Shown in pieces: positions 19,855 through 30,278 of a stretch of 64,000 nucleotides of DNA. Positions within the stretch are counted from its first letter, which is position 1. Each line of letters starts with the position of its first letter. Under the pieces are notes generated by a model, which was not told where the DNA came from, did no database searches, and was given only the letters and a program-made list of their open reading frames with translations. The position numbers and the translations under genes are program-made. Origin of the DNA: a virus. Location: the IMG/VR virus record IMGVR_UViG_3300002920_000062, positions 6,123 through 70,122 of that record; one strand, given 5' to 3'.

Positions 19855-20517
19855 ATGCTTATCAAAGAAATTTACGAACCCATAACTGAAGGCATACATG
19901 ACCCAAACATTTTCAAAGCTGTATTCATGGCAGGAAGCCCCGGCTCGGGTAAAACTACTATAGCAAAGAAAATATTTGGGGGCACCGGGATGAAATTTTT
20001 AAACGTGGATGACTTCTATAATTACCTGCGCCAGTCTGAGAAGACAGTAGGTGACCCCGAAACAGACTATACCACGGCGTGGGAAAAGTATCGCAAGCGT
20101 GAGAAAAACTATCTAGACGGTAGACTGGGACTTGTCATTGACGGAACAGGAAAAAACCCAGCTATCATGCGCGATGTTAAGAGTAGACTTGAAGGACTGG
20201 GCTATGAAACTGGGATGATATTTGTTAACACAACTTTACAAACAAGCCTCGAACGTGCTAAAAAAAGAGCTAACCAACCCGGCAAAGATGCCGGAAGAAA
20301 GATTGATCCTTCTTTTATTAAGTTGACTTGGGAACGTGTGCAGAGAGGATTGGGTCAGTTACAGAATATATTTCAAGAGCGTTTTTTTATTGTTGACAAC
20401 AATAGTAATATAAATGATGTAGATATTTCATATGTAGAAAAATATATGAATAACTGGTTAAATACGCCGCCCAAGAGCCACATTGCCAAACAATGGATTG
20501 CGTCACAAAAACTTTAG
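19855..20517 (+). CDS. P-loop kinase (zeta-toxin/AAA_33-like), putative head protein
   Basis: AGSPGSGKT Walker A, NVDD, LVIDGTG; MLIKEIYEPITE N-terminus. Confidence 0.8.
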   Translation: MLIKEIYEPITEGIHDPNIFKAVFMAGSPGSGKTTIAKKIFGGTGMKFLNVDDFYNYLRQSEKTVGDPETDYTTAWEKYRKREKNYLDGRLGLVIDGTGKNPAIMRDVKSRLEGLGYETGMIFVNTTLQTSLERAKKRANQPGKDAGRKIDPSFIKLTWERVQRGLGQLQNIFQERFFIVDNNSNINDVDISYVEKYMNNWLNTPPKSHIAKQWIASQKL

Positions 20518-20721
20518 TCTTGATACACAATAACATCATATGGCAAATATAAAATCAAGGACACAACCAAAACTTACAAGAAGACAACCTTTTCTTCTTT
20601 TTTCCTAAAAAACCAGTCTATAATAATGTCTTTTAGATAGAGTGCAACGTTGGTTTGAACCAACACAATCTTGCTTTGCAAAAAAGTGCATAGACTATTA
20701 TGCAACTGGGTAATTAAACTT

Positions 20722-21057
20722 TTAAATAGCTTGAAAACAGCTATCTCTAACGTATGAGGAAAATTCAGCAATCACCTTTCTTTTCAACTTAGGATTATTC
20801 TGCACTGGAACTTGATATGCCTGATTCAAAATTAACAATAACAAATCAACTAATTCTCGGTTATATTTTTTTATATATGATTGCTCAAGAATTTGAGCAC
20901 GAAGAAAACTATAGTCTAAGTTATTCTGGCGATTAGTCATTACTGTTGCCCCGTAATCCCCCAAGTAAAAGCAAAATTCAGCATCAACCGTCTGTTCTGA
21001 CACTATAGCGGGAGTAGATAGCGCAAGGGCAAGAGGTAATATTAGTTTACGATACAT
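20722..21057 (-). CDS. Secreted hypothetical protein
   Basis: Signal-peptide-like N-terminus. Confidence 0.65.
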   Translation of the reverse strand: MYRKLILPLALALSTPAIVSEQTVDAEFCFYLGDYGATVMTNRQNNLDYSFLRAQILEQSYIKKYNRELVDLLLLILNQAYQVPVQNNPKLKRKVIAEFSSYVRDSCFQAI

Positions 21058-21588
21058 ATTAATTTCTTTCTTAAAACACTATTTATTATAATCAAATGAA
21101 AACCGTCTTAATCCTCATATCATAGCGGTGCAGGACTGACAGTTAGATATTAGTATTCGTTAAGGTTAGAAAGTGAAATTGAAGACACTATAATCATTTG
21201 ATTTTCTACACGACGAGAGAGAGAGAATCGGTTGCATCCATATTCACATAAACATACTATATCATCCTTTATATGGTATTTGTGCCTCCAACACTTCAGT
21301 TGTTCTTTGCACTACTCTTCTTATAGAAAATTAAAAGACCTGACAAAGTGTTTATATAATCTTGTTCTTTTTCAATTGTGGTAAAACCTTATGAAATAAA
21401 TATTCCCTGAATATATCCTGAATGTTTATTGAGTTTGTTAAAAGAAACTCTCTTCGACCAAAGCTTGTTAGTCTTTTGGTAATTAGTTTTCAATTCTTTC
21501 CAGACCTGATATGAATTTTCGTTAATGAGATTATCAAGTAAATTTTTATTTTGACACCTACATTGTTTTAACGCTTTGCGGTATTCTG

Positions 21589-22005
21589 TCACAACCCCAA
21601 ATGCTTTTTGGCATTACTCAAATAATCTTCAATACGCTTCTTACCCGCAGGATTCATAGAATGAACAACATAACGAGGAATTTTATACCACTTCTGTTCG
21701 CAATATTCTACAAGATACTTGGCGCAATCATAGCCAGTCTTTTCAGGGCCATAATTGATGGTCTTTTCCAGCCCATTGTCGTCATACTCAAGCTTGTTAT
21801 CCAAGTTATTTTCTTGCAGCATAGCAATATAATGTTCATCGGCCAAATCATGATCAAAACAAATAAACATGGGAAGACCAAAAAGCTCAAGCTGTTTTAC
21901 AAAACCGTCATAAGAACGAATGATATGAATAGTTTCGTAACGAGGGAACTCAACCCAGGTAACTTGTTCGGGCATAAGCTCATCATCGAGGAAAAGTACG
22001 TACAT
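21589..22005 (-). CDS. Cyclic-phosphate-processing receiver-domain protein
   Basis: LFLDD, FDHDL, KTGYDCAKYL, VHSMNPAG. Confidence 0.8.
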   Translation of the reverse strand: MYVLFLDDELMPEQVTWVEFPRYETIHIIRSYDGFVKQLELFGLPMFICFDHDLADEHYIAMLQENNLDNKLEYDDNGLEKTINYGPEKTGYDCAKYLVEYCEQKWYKIPRYVVHSMNPAGKKRIEDYLSNAKKHLGL

Positions 22006-22268
22006 AAGAAATCCTTGTTAACAATCAATTTTCTTTATGCATGTTTTATTGAATTCAACATTGCTATTTATTCAGAAAACAGTTTGTTGATTAGTTTTCA
22101 CATATATGCTTAGATAAGCAAAAGATTCAAAGAACTCGTTGACTGTTATAACTTAATTATATTGGAAAAGTATAGAAAAATATACACGGCGTAAAATACA
22201 CCCACATTTTTTTCAGCCAGCCAAAGTCCGTGCACGGTGAAAGAATATAGCAAGTAACTTCTACGTTA

Positions 22269-22589
22269 TTACAGCCTTAGTATAGTTATCTTGAAGTCAT
22301 TCATGTCAATTTTATTGCTGTCAACAAATTCCTGGTAGGGATCATACTCACGACAGTCATATTGCTTAATTTCTTCAACAAACTCTTGAATATCGATATC
22401 AAAGCGAGAAAGAGTGTAAATATTTGGTTTTTCCATTTCGCCAATGAGCTTTTCAGGAATACCATGACCACGAAGAATACTAGTCATATCTACGTCAGGG
22501 AATTGTTTAGTTTGATCAAATTCTTCCTTGACGGCATAGCGAACATGATAGTTTGGAAATTCAGCAACTTCAATTGTAAAAACAAGCAT
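22269..22589 (-). CDS. Hypothetical protein
   Basis: 106-aa ORF with AAGGA RBS. Confidence 0.6.
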   Translation of the reverse strand: MLVFTIEVAEFPNYHVRYAVKEEFDQTKQFPDVDMTSILRGHGIPEKLIGEMEKPNIYTLSRFDIDIQEFVEEIKQYDCREYDPYQEFVDSNKIDMNDFKITILRL

Positions 22590-22760
22590 TTGTTGATCCT
22601 TAATTAGAGTTTACCCAAAACTGGTATGTGTCAGTCTTCACTTTATCTATAATAAATGAAAACCTTATAAATTGAGTATGTTTTACTGTATACTGCCTTC
22701 TATCATACAGTCAATATATAAATTATCCAAACATTATTTTTTCATGTCATTTACTAAGAA

Positions 22761-22850
22761 TGGCGGACAGGGTGGGATTCGAACCCACAGTAGGCTTGCA
22801 CCTACGGCGGTTTTCAAGACCGCTACCTTAAACCAGTCCATTATTCTTCC
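22761..22850 (-). tRNA. Degenerate tRNA-Ser(TGA), 5' end overlapped by tilS
   Basis: Anticodon arm, long variable arm, T arm and GCCA intact; 5' acceptor strand GGAAGAA mispairs with CCTGTCC. Confidence 0.65.
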
Positions 22851-23503
22851 ATCAGTCGTTTGATAAGTGGTCTCATTGACTTTCTGATATTCCTGACATT
22901 CATCATTTCAGGAATGATCCTGTTACGGACAATATTGCGCTCGTGGTCGCACATAGAGTTAGTAACATCCTCAATCCAAAATAGCTTTCTGCTCTCGGCA
23001 GTTCTAATCAAATCTTCTTTTTCAATGTCCAGAAAAGGCTTATACTTAGTGAAATTTTCTGTATTTACTAGCCTTTTCATTACAAGAGTTTTGGAACCCC
23101 TCATAGAAGCCATAAAATATTGTTCCAGATTATCGTCGTAGTGGTGTGCAGTCAGAACAATTGACTTGCCACTGAAATGACTAACTGTGTCTGAAACAAA
23201 TTTCCAACGCTGTTCTCTTGCGGCATTTTCCTGATTTGCTACCTGAGCCAACCCCTTACCGTAACCAATAAAAAAAGTCAGGTCTCGTTCAAAGGCCATA
23301 GCCGACACTAAACTGGCGTCTAGATAATCAGTGTTTCGGATAAGATGCCTAAAGTGTATTACATTAACATCTTCTCTTAAACGAGACACAAAATCAAGCA
23401 AAACAACGCTGTCTACTCCACCCGAAACCATAACAAAAACATTGTCATAACCAGACAATGTTTCAGTAATTTCAGTTTTTAGCTTTCGCCAGGCAACAGT
23501 CAT
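22841..23503 (-). CDS. tilS: tRNA(Ile)-lysidine synthetase, PP-loop domain only
   Basis: VSGGVDSV, AAREQR, TAHHYDD, KPFL, EDVTN, ERNIVRN; adjacent to tRNA(CAT). Confidence 0.9.
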   Translation of the reverse strand: MTVAWRKLKTEITETLSGYDNVFVMVSGGVDSVVLLDFVSRLREDVNVIHFRHLIRNTDYLDASLVSAMAFERDLTFFIGYGKGLAQVANQENAAREQRWKFVSDTVSHFSGKSIVLTAHHYDDNLEQYFMASMRGSKTLVMKRLVNTENFTKYKPFLDIEKEDLIRTAESRKLFWIEDVTNSMCDHERNIVRNRIIPEMMNVRNIRKSMRPLIKRLMEE

Positions 23504-23522
23504 AGCTTGCTTTCCTAAAGTT

Positions 23523-23597
23523 TGGTACGCCCGGCAGGATTCGAACCTGCATAACCCCGTTATGAGCGGGGGGCCTTAACCGTTAGACGACAGGCGT
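23523..23597 (-). tRNA. tRNA(CAT), probably Ile2 (copy 1)
   Basis: CCCCG-CTCATAA-CGGGG; CCA; immediately upstream of tilS. Confidence 0.85.
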
Positions 23598-23695
23598 ATT
23601 ACTGTGTTTCTTGATAAATTTTATAACATTAATCTTATAAGAATTCAAGCCTTATTTTTAGGTTGCTTTATCTTTTCTATTGTTTCTCTATCAAC

Positions 23696-23747
23696 GGTGC
23701 CCTGTGAGAGAACCGAACTCCCGTCTTTACCTTACGAAAGCATTGTA
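23696..23747 (-). pseudogene. Decayed partial copy of tRNA-Thr(CGT)
   Basis: Similar to 30494-30544 with substitutions; 5' part missing. Confidence 0.65.
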
Positions 23748-23881
23748 ATATTGAAATTCTTCCCAATATATAACATGCGCAACGCGATAAACAGCAAAGG
23801 TTCCCCAATAGTTGTTAAAACAATAACTCAGTTTTCAGCACTCATTACAGGCCACTTTCCAGTTTGCCTTAACTTAGTGTT

Positions 23882-23912
23882 GATGTAAGTAGCGGAATCC
23901 GCTACTTACATC
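23882..23912. terminator. Perfect hairpin, probable terminator
   Basis: gatgtaagtagcgg-aat-ccgctacttacatc. Confidence 0.55.
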
Positions 23913-23914
23913 TT

Positions 23915-24289
23915 TCAGAAATCATCCAGGAAGGAAAACTCTTGGAAATTTACCAAGATGATTCCGTACTCAACGTACCCGATTTTTTCTTCCAATTGCT
24001 GTGCATACTTCACAGCCTCAGAAAAATCCTCAAAGACTGGCGAGTCTTTGAAAACAAAATCAAGGTACGAACCTACAAGGAATGGAGCATTTTCCTTGTA
24101 GTATTCAAAGTCGTCCCACGCTTGCACATGGGAAACGCGGTAGACAGGGGTGGATTTACCATACTGTCTTGCAGACTCGTCCACTCGAATCCACCGACGG
24201 GTAGTTGTCAAAACGATGATAGAATTGTCAGCACTCATTGCAGGCTCCTTTTCAGTTGACCTTGGGTTGAAGTTGTCTAACTTGCTCAA
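23915..24289 (-). CDS. Hypothetical protein
   Basis: MSADN..YVEYGI motif; true start may be MSADN. Confidence 0.6.
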   Translation of the reverse strand: MSKLDNFNPRSTEKEPAMSADNSIIVLTTTRRWIRVDESARQYGKSTPVYRVSHVQAWDDFEYYKENAPFLVGSYLDFVFKDSPVFEDFSEAVKYAQQLEEKIGYVEYGIILVNFQEFSFLDDF

Positions 24290-24425
24290 AACAATCTACA
24301 TGAAACTTGTAGTCGTTATTAAAGCTCACACTTAGTGTCCAAACAAAGAATAAGTCAACGTCTGTCGAGCCATAGAATCATTAAAAACATACTATTATAA
24401 GGCTTATATATTGTCAAGTTTAAAT

Positions 24426-24656
24426 TTACTTTTTATATGAAAACCAAAAATTAGCCAAATCTTGAATTTCTGGGTCAGCACTCATGTAAAAATTTGCGTC
24501 GTCGATTGCTTCGGCTAAGTCTAGAATGTCATCCATATCTAGCCCCTCTGCATACAAAAAATCAAAATAATCTTCTACCGACGCAAACTTAATGTCTGAA
24601 ACACTCTGACCTAGAACTTTGTTTTTATTAAAGTCAACAAAAATGACATTACTCAT
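24426..24656 (-). CDS. Small acidic hypothetical protein
   Basis: MSNVIFVDF start with RBS. Confidence 0.6.
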   Translation of the reverse strand: MSNVIFVDFNKNKVLGQSVSDIKFASVEDYFDFLYAEGLDMDDILDLAEAIDDANFYMSADPEIQDLANFWFSYKK

Positions 24657-24805
24657 TTTCTATTCTTCCTGAAGGCAAAGCAGTCTAACTACTAGACAGA
24701 AGAGTCATTAAAACCTGTATTCCGGGGGATAGAAGGCCTGACGACACTTTTTAATGTTCATGAGGTATGCCGATAACGCCCTTTCGGGTGAGTACCTCAT
24801 TGATT

Positions 24806-24882
24806 TGGTGCGCCTGATGGGATTCGAACCCATACTTGACGGATTTTAAATCCGTTGCCTCTTCCCGTTGGGCTACAGGCGC
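24806..24882 (-). tRNA. tRNA-Leu(TAA), short variable arm
   Basis: ACGGA-TTTAAAA-TCCGT; CCA. Confidence 0.88.
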
Positions 24883-24891
24883 GTTATTGTT

Positions 24892-25670
24892 TTACATATA
24901 GCACTGTTCTTTTATAATGTCAAGTATTCCTTGCCAGGAATTTATTCTTTTGTCTGTAGAATAAAGAATAACAATATGCACCCCTAGTTCTTCTCTGCAT
25001 TGCTTTATTTTTTCAAGTTGGTGTTCTTGTGCCTTGATAATTTTTCTACCAGTGTCAGATTGATTAGTTTTACTATTTTTGCACCATAGTCCCTTAGGGT
25101 CCAGATATATACTATAATCTACTAAAAAGAAATCAGGCTCGTATTTCTTACCAGATTGAAGTTTGAGGTATTCAGGTCTGATCCATTTAACAGAATTTTC
25201 ATCCAGTATATCAGCAATCTTAGCTTCCAGCTTTGATTCTAACCTAACTGAGTTGCCAAAAGAATCAATTCGTTCAATATAATTTCTTTTCCATCTTAAC
25301 AACGGATCGGCAGCAACACCTGCCACATGAGGCACATACTCCCCATTAGCAATTTGCCGTTTTCTTGTTTCTACCATTGATGCTAGACCAGGATGACTAT
25401 CTTTAGTTTGACCTTTTGCCCAATTCATTTTATCTTTAGAAGCCTGCGGTAATTTTTGATATGCTATATCCCCGGGTAATCTCTTTCCCTCATGATATGC
25501 TTTCTTGCATCCCAAAGAGTTCTTTGCCTTTACCACTGGACATGCTTGAGCGTTTTTGTCACATAATAGCTTTCCAGACAAAGATATATAATTGGCAATT
25601 TGTCCACAGCCATGCGCGCACTTATCAAGTGTTTCAATTTTCGTTGCCGGCTTAGGGCCACTTTTTTCAT
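24892..25670 (-). mobile_element. PD-(D/E)xK homing-endonuclease-like gene, frameshifted right after ATG
   Basis: LESKLE..WIRP..YEPDF..YLDPKG; ATG at 25670 plus A6 run is 1 nt out of frame with the CAHGCG..C..CP N-terminus. Confidence 0.7.
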
Positions 25671-25839
25671 AGTTATAACTCCTGTCATAACTATTTATCC
25701 TGGCGTCTACCTATTCCGTCATGCTAGCACATAAAACAACTATTTCAAAGATCATAGTGAGTAGAACTCCACCAAGATATTCTAACACTCTCTTTATACG
25801 TCATATTAATATGAATGTCAAGAATTATTTTCAAAAGTT

Positions 25840-25914
25840 TGGCACGAGGGCCCAGCAACGATCTGGGAACTCCGGTTTTGGAGACCGGGGTTTTGCCAAT
25901 TAAACTACCCTCGC
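25840..25914 (-). tRNA. tRNA-Trp(CCA), atypical T loop
   Basis: CCGGT-CTCCAAA-ACCGG; T loop ATCGTTG; CCA. Confidence 0.8.
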
Positions 25915-25979
25915 ACACATGAAAACAGTGGCAGTAACCCAAGTTACTGCCATTTAGTTAGAAGTGAAACACCTTTTAT

Positions 25980-26357
25980 TTAAAAGGTCAATATGCCTTC
26001 TTCAAGAATTTCATGAGTATCACGGTCAATTACTTTGAACTGAAGGCTAGTAGTATTAAACTCCTTGAGCATTTCAGTTACCGTTTCAACTTCAAATTCT
26101 CTACATGAATATAAATCAAACATGTAATGTTCTGGCCAGAAGTGAATACTAGAATGACTTGTAGTGATCCCTACCATACCAGTAACGCCTTCGTTACCTT
26201 CATCGTCGCACCAAACACATTTAGGCTCTACCAGAACCTGCATGTTTACGGCGTCAACAAGCCTAAGAAACCAGTCATGCAAGACTGTGACGTATTCGGG
26301 CCCTGGTGCCTCTTTTATAAAACCTTTAACCAGGAGGTGTTTATTGATCTTGGACAA
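25980..26357 (-). CDS. speD: S-adenosylmethionine decarboxylase proenzyme
   Basis: KHLL, GVTGMVGITTSHSSIHFWPE, FDLYSC. Confidence 0.85.
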   Translation of the reverse strand: MSKINKHLLVKGFIKEAPGPEYVTVLHDWFLRLVDAVNMQVLVEPKCVWCDDEGNEGVTGMVGITTSHSSIHFWPEHYMFDLYSCREFEVETVTEMLKEFNTTSLQFKVIDRDTHEILEEGILTF

Positions 26358-26647
26358 CTCATAAAACCCCTTCTAACCCACTGCTAGACAGTGATGTACT
26401 TTATTTATCTTTTTTTAAAGATTACTCGGCGTACTCTATTTGTACCTTAACTTGCTCAAAAGCTTTCTTAAAAGCTTTTACACTAGAAAAAAGTTCTTCT
26501 TGGGTAATACCTAAGGGAACAGACACATATTTAAAAACAGGCTTTCCAGTGTTTCTTACTCTACCACATAAAGTATATTTAAGAATCATACCATAATCCT
26601 CCCGAATAATAAAACCCAATGAATATTTTATCACCAAGTTTTGAAAC

Positions 26648-26719
26648 TAGTACCTGAGACCAGGATTGAACTGACTACCCTCTCTATGTAAAGGAGTTAT
26701 AATACTGCTTGCTCAGCTA
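26648..26719 (-). pseudogene. Decayed tRNA, probably Val(TAC)
   Basis: Residual TTTACAT loop and GTTCAATCC T loop; stems broken. Confidence 0.4.
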
Positions 26720-26819
26720 TATTTAGTTCTGCATTAGTAAATCGCTATTTGCCTTAGCTAACCAGACATATATCGAAATTCTACTAGACTTTTATTTGTC
26801 CGCCCTGATAGGGTTGTAA

Positions 26820-26897
26820 TGGTCTCGGTGGAGAGATTCGAACTCCCGACCCTCTGCACCCAAAGCAGATGCGCTAACCTGACTGCGCTACACCGAG
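26820..26897 (-). tRNA. tRNA-Pro(TGG)
   Basis: Canonical cloverleaf; CCA. Confidence 0.93.
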
Positions 26898-26923
26898 GAA
26901 GTTTTTCTTGCGTTTTAAATAAC

Positions 26924-26996
26924 TGGCACCCCGTAGAGGAGTCGAACCTCTCTCTACAAGTTTAGAAGACTCGTGACTGGATCCGCCAGACGGGGC
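26924..26996 (-). tRNA. tRNA-Arg(TCT), atypical D arm
   Basis: CGAGT-CTTCTAA-ACTTG; good T arm; GCCA; lacks U8 and the normal D-loop pattern. Confidence 0.75.
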
Positions 26997-27049
26997 ATAT
27001 TCTCTTTTATAGACATATTTGTACTATATGTCAATTCTTTTATACCCCA

Positions 27050-27591
27050 ACTTACTAAAAACTTCATCAGAGATATTTTCGTTAATTATTCTAATGTGTT
27101 CTTCTGTAAGTTGAGTGGGTTTCTGTTTCAAGTAGTAAGAGATTATATCGTTACCAAAGCTCTCTGACAATGAACAATGAACCAGGCTAAGTAAGAGTAA
27201 CTGTTTTAGTTTTTTCTTTCAAAAAGCACCTTGTTCAAAAAATCAGTCAGAGTGGCTGGATTAATTGAACTCACGTAATCTTGCCATAGTTTGTTTAACA
27301 AACCAAGAAAGAGCATAGTCATTATACATCTTTGCAAGGTTTGATAAATTTACATTATCATGGCCTATATTATATCCCAACTGTAGCAAGTGCGAATGAA
27401 CCACTAAGATATCAGCTACTCATATATATGGATTTTTGTATATGTTAAATGTTAGTGAAGCCTGTTGAAATTTTATTTAAACTATGCTTCCAGTTTTTGC
27501 CGTTAGCCACTTCACATATGAAATTGTTAGTGAGGGTCTTCTCAACGACTGTAGTTCCTGAACGCTGTAATCCAAATATACAAAATTTCAA
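27050..27591 (-). pseudogene. Sulfotransferase-like pseudogene (3' limit approximate)
   Basis: KFCIFGLQRSGTT..WKH followed by stops and frameshifts. Confidence 0.5.
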
Positions 27592-27678
27592 GTCGTGTAC
27601 CTTTTTGGATAAATAAAAGTGCAGTTCGCGGGATAGCAGTCCCCAACTACTCTAATGCTAGCAAAAGGAAACATCAGC

Positions 27679-28611
27679 GTGACTATTTATACCGATTACG
27701 TATTCCCAGATAAATTAATTTCGCCAGTTACTGGATATCAATGTAAAAGACTGAATTCACAAAATATTAAATTTTTTGGATTTAATAGTATAGATGAATT
27801 ATTGAAATCTTACCTGAATTTCCGTTAATCAGTAAAAATTCATTACTTAGTTTCACTGAGAAAAGTAACGAAGGAAATAAACTTAAAAATGAAAGACTAT
27901 CTGAGGAGAGAAAATCTTCTTATTTAAGCAATCCTATCAAATGCAATACATGCCATAAATCACTAGATTATTCTAAACGTAACAATAAATACTGTTCTCG
28001 TTCTTGTGCTGCAAAGCATAATAACTCACATAGGAGTAGAGAAACTAGAGAAAAGATCAGACTAACTCTTAAAAGACTGACCGAAGAAAACAAACAAAAC
28101 CGTAAGTTACCACCTAAAATCCAAAAAACCATAGTATGTAAAGTGTGTAGTGAAAAATTCACTGTATGCAAGACTAGCACCCGCACGACATGTTCTTCTA
28201 AATGCCGTTCTACTATATATTCTACTATCGCAAAAAATAACCCTGCTATGGGAGGAAATAAAAATACTAGAGCATATGGTTGGTATGTCTCTCCGTTTGC
28301 AGGTAAAATATGGCTAGAATCATCATATGAACATAAAGTAGCAGTTGAGCTAGATACTAATTTAATTAAATGGAAACGACCAAGCTATTTAGTATGGAAA
28401 GATGGTGAGGGGAAAACTAGAAAGTATTTTCCTGATTTTTACTTAGAAGATTATAATGTGTATCATAGACCCGAAGAATGATTTTTTAATTAAAAAAGAC
28501 CAAGATAAAATTTTATCCGCTTGTTCAATCAATAATGTAAAAGTGATCATTCTTGATAAGAATCACTTGGATATTGATAACATCTTAAGATTAATTAATG
28601 GTGCTGACTGA
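27679..28611 (+). pseudogene. Zn-finger plus PD-(D/E)xK homing endonuclease, two frameshifts
   Basis: MTIYTD.. /fs ~27820/ CNTC..YCSRSC..CKVC..LESSYE..YFPDFYL /fs ~28464/ DPKNDFL. Confidence 0.75.
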
Positions 28612-28686
28612 GGGACTCGAACCCTCGAGGGATTATTAATCCGCGGGACTACAAAACCCGTGCTGTCGCCACTGAGCCAAGTCAGC
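28599..28686 (-). tRNA. tRNA-Thr(TGT) with long variable arm
   Basis: GCTGACT/AGTCAGC acceptor; TTTGTAG loop; GGATT-AAT-AATCC variable arm; CCA. Confidence 0.8.
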
Positions 28687-28696
28687 ACATTAATTC

Positions 28697-28773
28697 TGGC
28701 TCCTCAGACAGGATTCGAACCTGTAGCGTCGAGATTAACAGTCTCGTGCCCCTGCCAATAGGGCCCCTGAGGA
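28697..28773 (-). tRNA. tRNA-Asn(GTT)
   Basis: CGAGA-CTGTTAA-TCTCG; GCCA. Confidence 0.88.
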
Positions 28774-28790
28774 ATAGTATTTTACTCTCT

Positions 28791-29290
28791 ATGATATATT
28801 TAGTTTATAATACTGTCAAGAAAAATCAAAATACCAATGGCAGATTGGCAAGCAGAAAGAGTTTGCTAAAGACAGTAAAAAATACGATCCAGAGAACTTT
28901 GAGAAGTCTATATTATGTGTTTGACGACCAAAGATATTCGCCACAACAAAGAAAGTAAGATAATCAACGAATCATTTATTATTGAAGAAGATGCGTATAG
29001 CCCTGTTTTCGGTAAAGAATTGCTGCCCCGTATGAAGCCCTAGATCAAAAAAATAAGAGATAAAATACCCAGAACTCACCCAGTTAAAAATGAGCAAAAA
29101 CCATACTGACATATTAGAAAAAATAATTCAATACATGAAAGACTAAAAGAAGATAATACTAATTACGAAAAAATCTTTCTAGCAAAACTAAAGCTAAGAT
29201 AAACAGGTCGAGCTAGATTCAAAGATATTGCTTTCGTGTCCACAGTCTGTGGTTATGTCGGCAAAAGCTCAAGGATTCAATGATGACATA
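28791..29290 (+). pseudogene. Heavily decayed Seg/GIY-YIG-like endonuclease remnant
   Basis: MIYLVYNT..KKYDPENFEKSIL fragments in shifting frames. Confidence 0.35.
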
Positions 29291-29310
29291 TGAACAATTA
29301 CTGACATAAC

Positions 29311-29877
29311 TTAGACGGACAATGAATCAAAGATTCGACTGTGCTTAGGAACACCACTGAGCAAATATTCCATCTGATCAGCTAAGATTTTCCTGTTCTT
29401 GAGAATCAAGTGTTCGAACCTGTTCGGTTCATACGGTATGAACCTCAACTGCATACCACTCTCGTCAAGAGTCTTACAACCCTTCTTTTGGTTACAAGGA
29501 ATACATGCAGTGATTACATTAGTCCACACATTCAGGCCGCCATGATACTTAGGGATAATATGATCTCTGCTTAATTCACTATTAGAAAAGAGTCCGCCGC
29601 AGTAACCACACATATTTCGGTCACGAGCAAACAAAGTTTCGTTGGTTAAAATAACTTTGCCACGCTTGTTGAAATTTGAGGCAGCTCCCTTTATAGCGAT
29701 AATGCTAGACGATTCAAGGTAGCTTTGACTACCGTCTTTCCTAAAACCACCATGATACCTCGCAACAATCTCACCAAGTTCCCAAGCTACTAGGCCCTTA
29801 GCATAATACTCAATAGCCTTGTCATGCGAGACCCATTCCCTAGGAACACCGGAAATGTCCAACGCGAGAATACTCAT
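29311..29877 (-). CDS. HNH endonuclease
   Basis: LFARDRNMCGYCG..DHIIP..WTNVITACIPCNQKK. Confidence 0.9.
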   Translation of the reverse strand: MSILALDISGVPREWVSHDKAIEYYAKGLVAWELGEIVARYHGGFRKDGSQSYLESSSIIAIKGAASNFNKRGKVILTNETLFARDRNMCGYCGGLFSNSELSRDHIIPKYHGGLNVWTNVITACIPCNQKKGCKTLDESGMQLRFIPYEPNRFEHLILKNRKILADQMEYLLSGVPKHSRIFDSLSV

Positions 29878-30278
29878 TATTTACCCCTAATATAGAATTA
29901 TTTATAGTGCTTCTAATAAGACACTATTTAAAGTTATTATGCAACTGGTTTTGTTGAATAATTAACTGACCAAAAAATATCCTTTAAAAGGTCCACCAAA
30001 AACACACTGGTTGTAGGGCAAGTTTGCATACCGATAACACTTTTCGCATACTTCACACTTCATTTCAACCGTCTTGTCAAAATCAATCTGATTTTTCTTG
30101 CTCATAATAACCTCACCAAACTGATAACCAAAAGGGGGGTTTAAACCCCCACACAATTACTAGCAATATACTTTCAAGATATTATGACTAACATTACACT
30201 ATCAAGTCTGTTAGCAAACTAGATAAGTCCAAGTTCTAAATGATATGAGTTTACCTCAATCACTAAGTTACATAGAAT

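Noticed and set aside
19855-20517. Epsilon-zeta toxin-antitoxin pair
   Set aside because: No adjacent antitoxin ORF; late promoter and head-protein-like N-terminus fit virion cargo better
26924-26996. Amber suppressor (CTA) tRNA
   Set aside because: The 7-nt loop CUUCUAA places UCU at positions 34-36, so Arg
28599-28686. tRNA-Tyr(GTA), suggested by the long variable arm
   Set aside because: Loop register gives UGU and the acceptor stem is Thr-like
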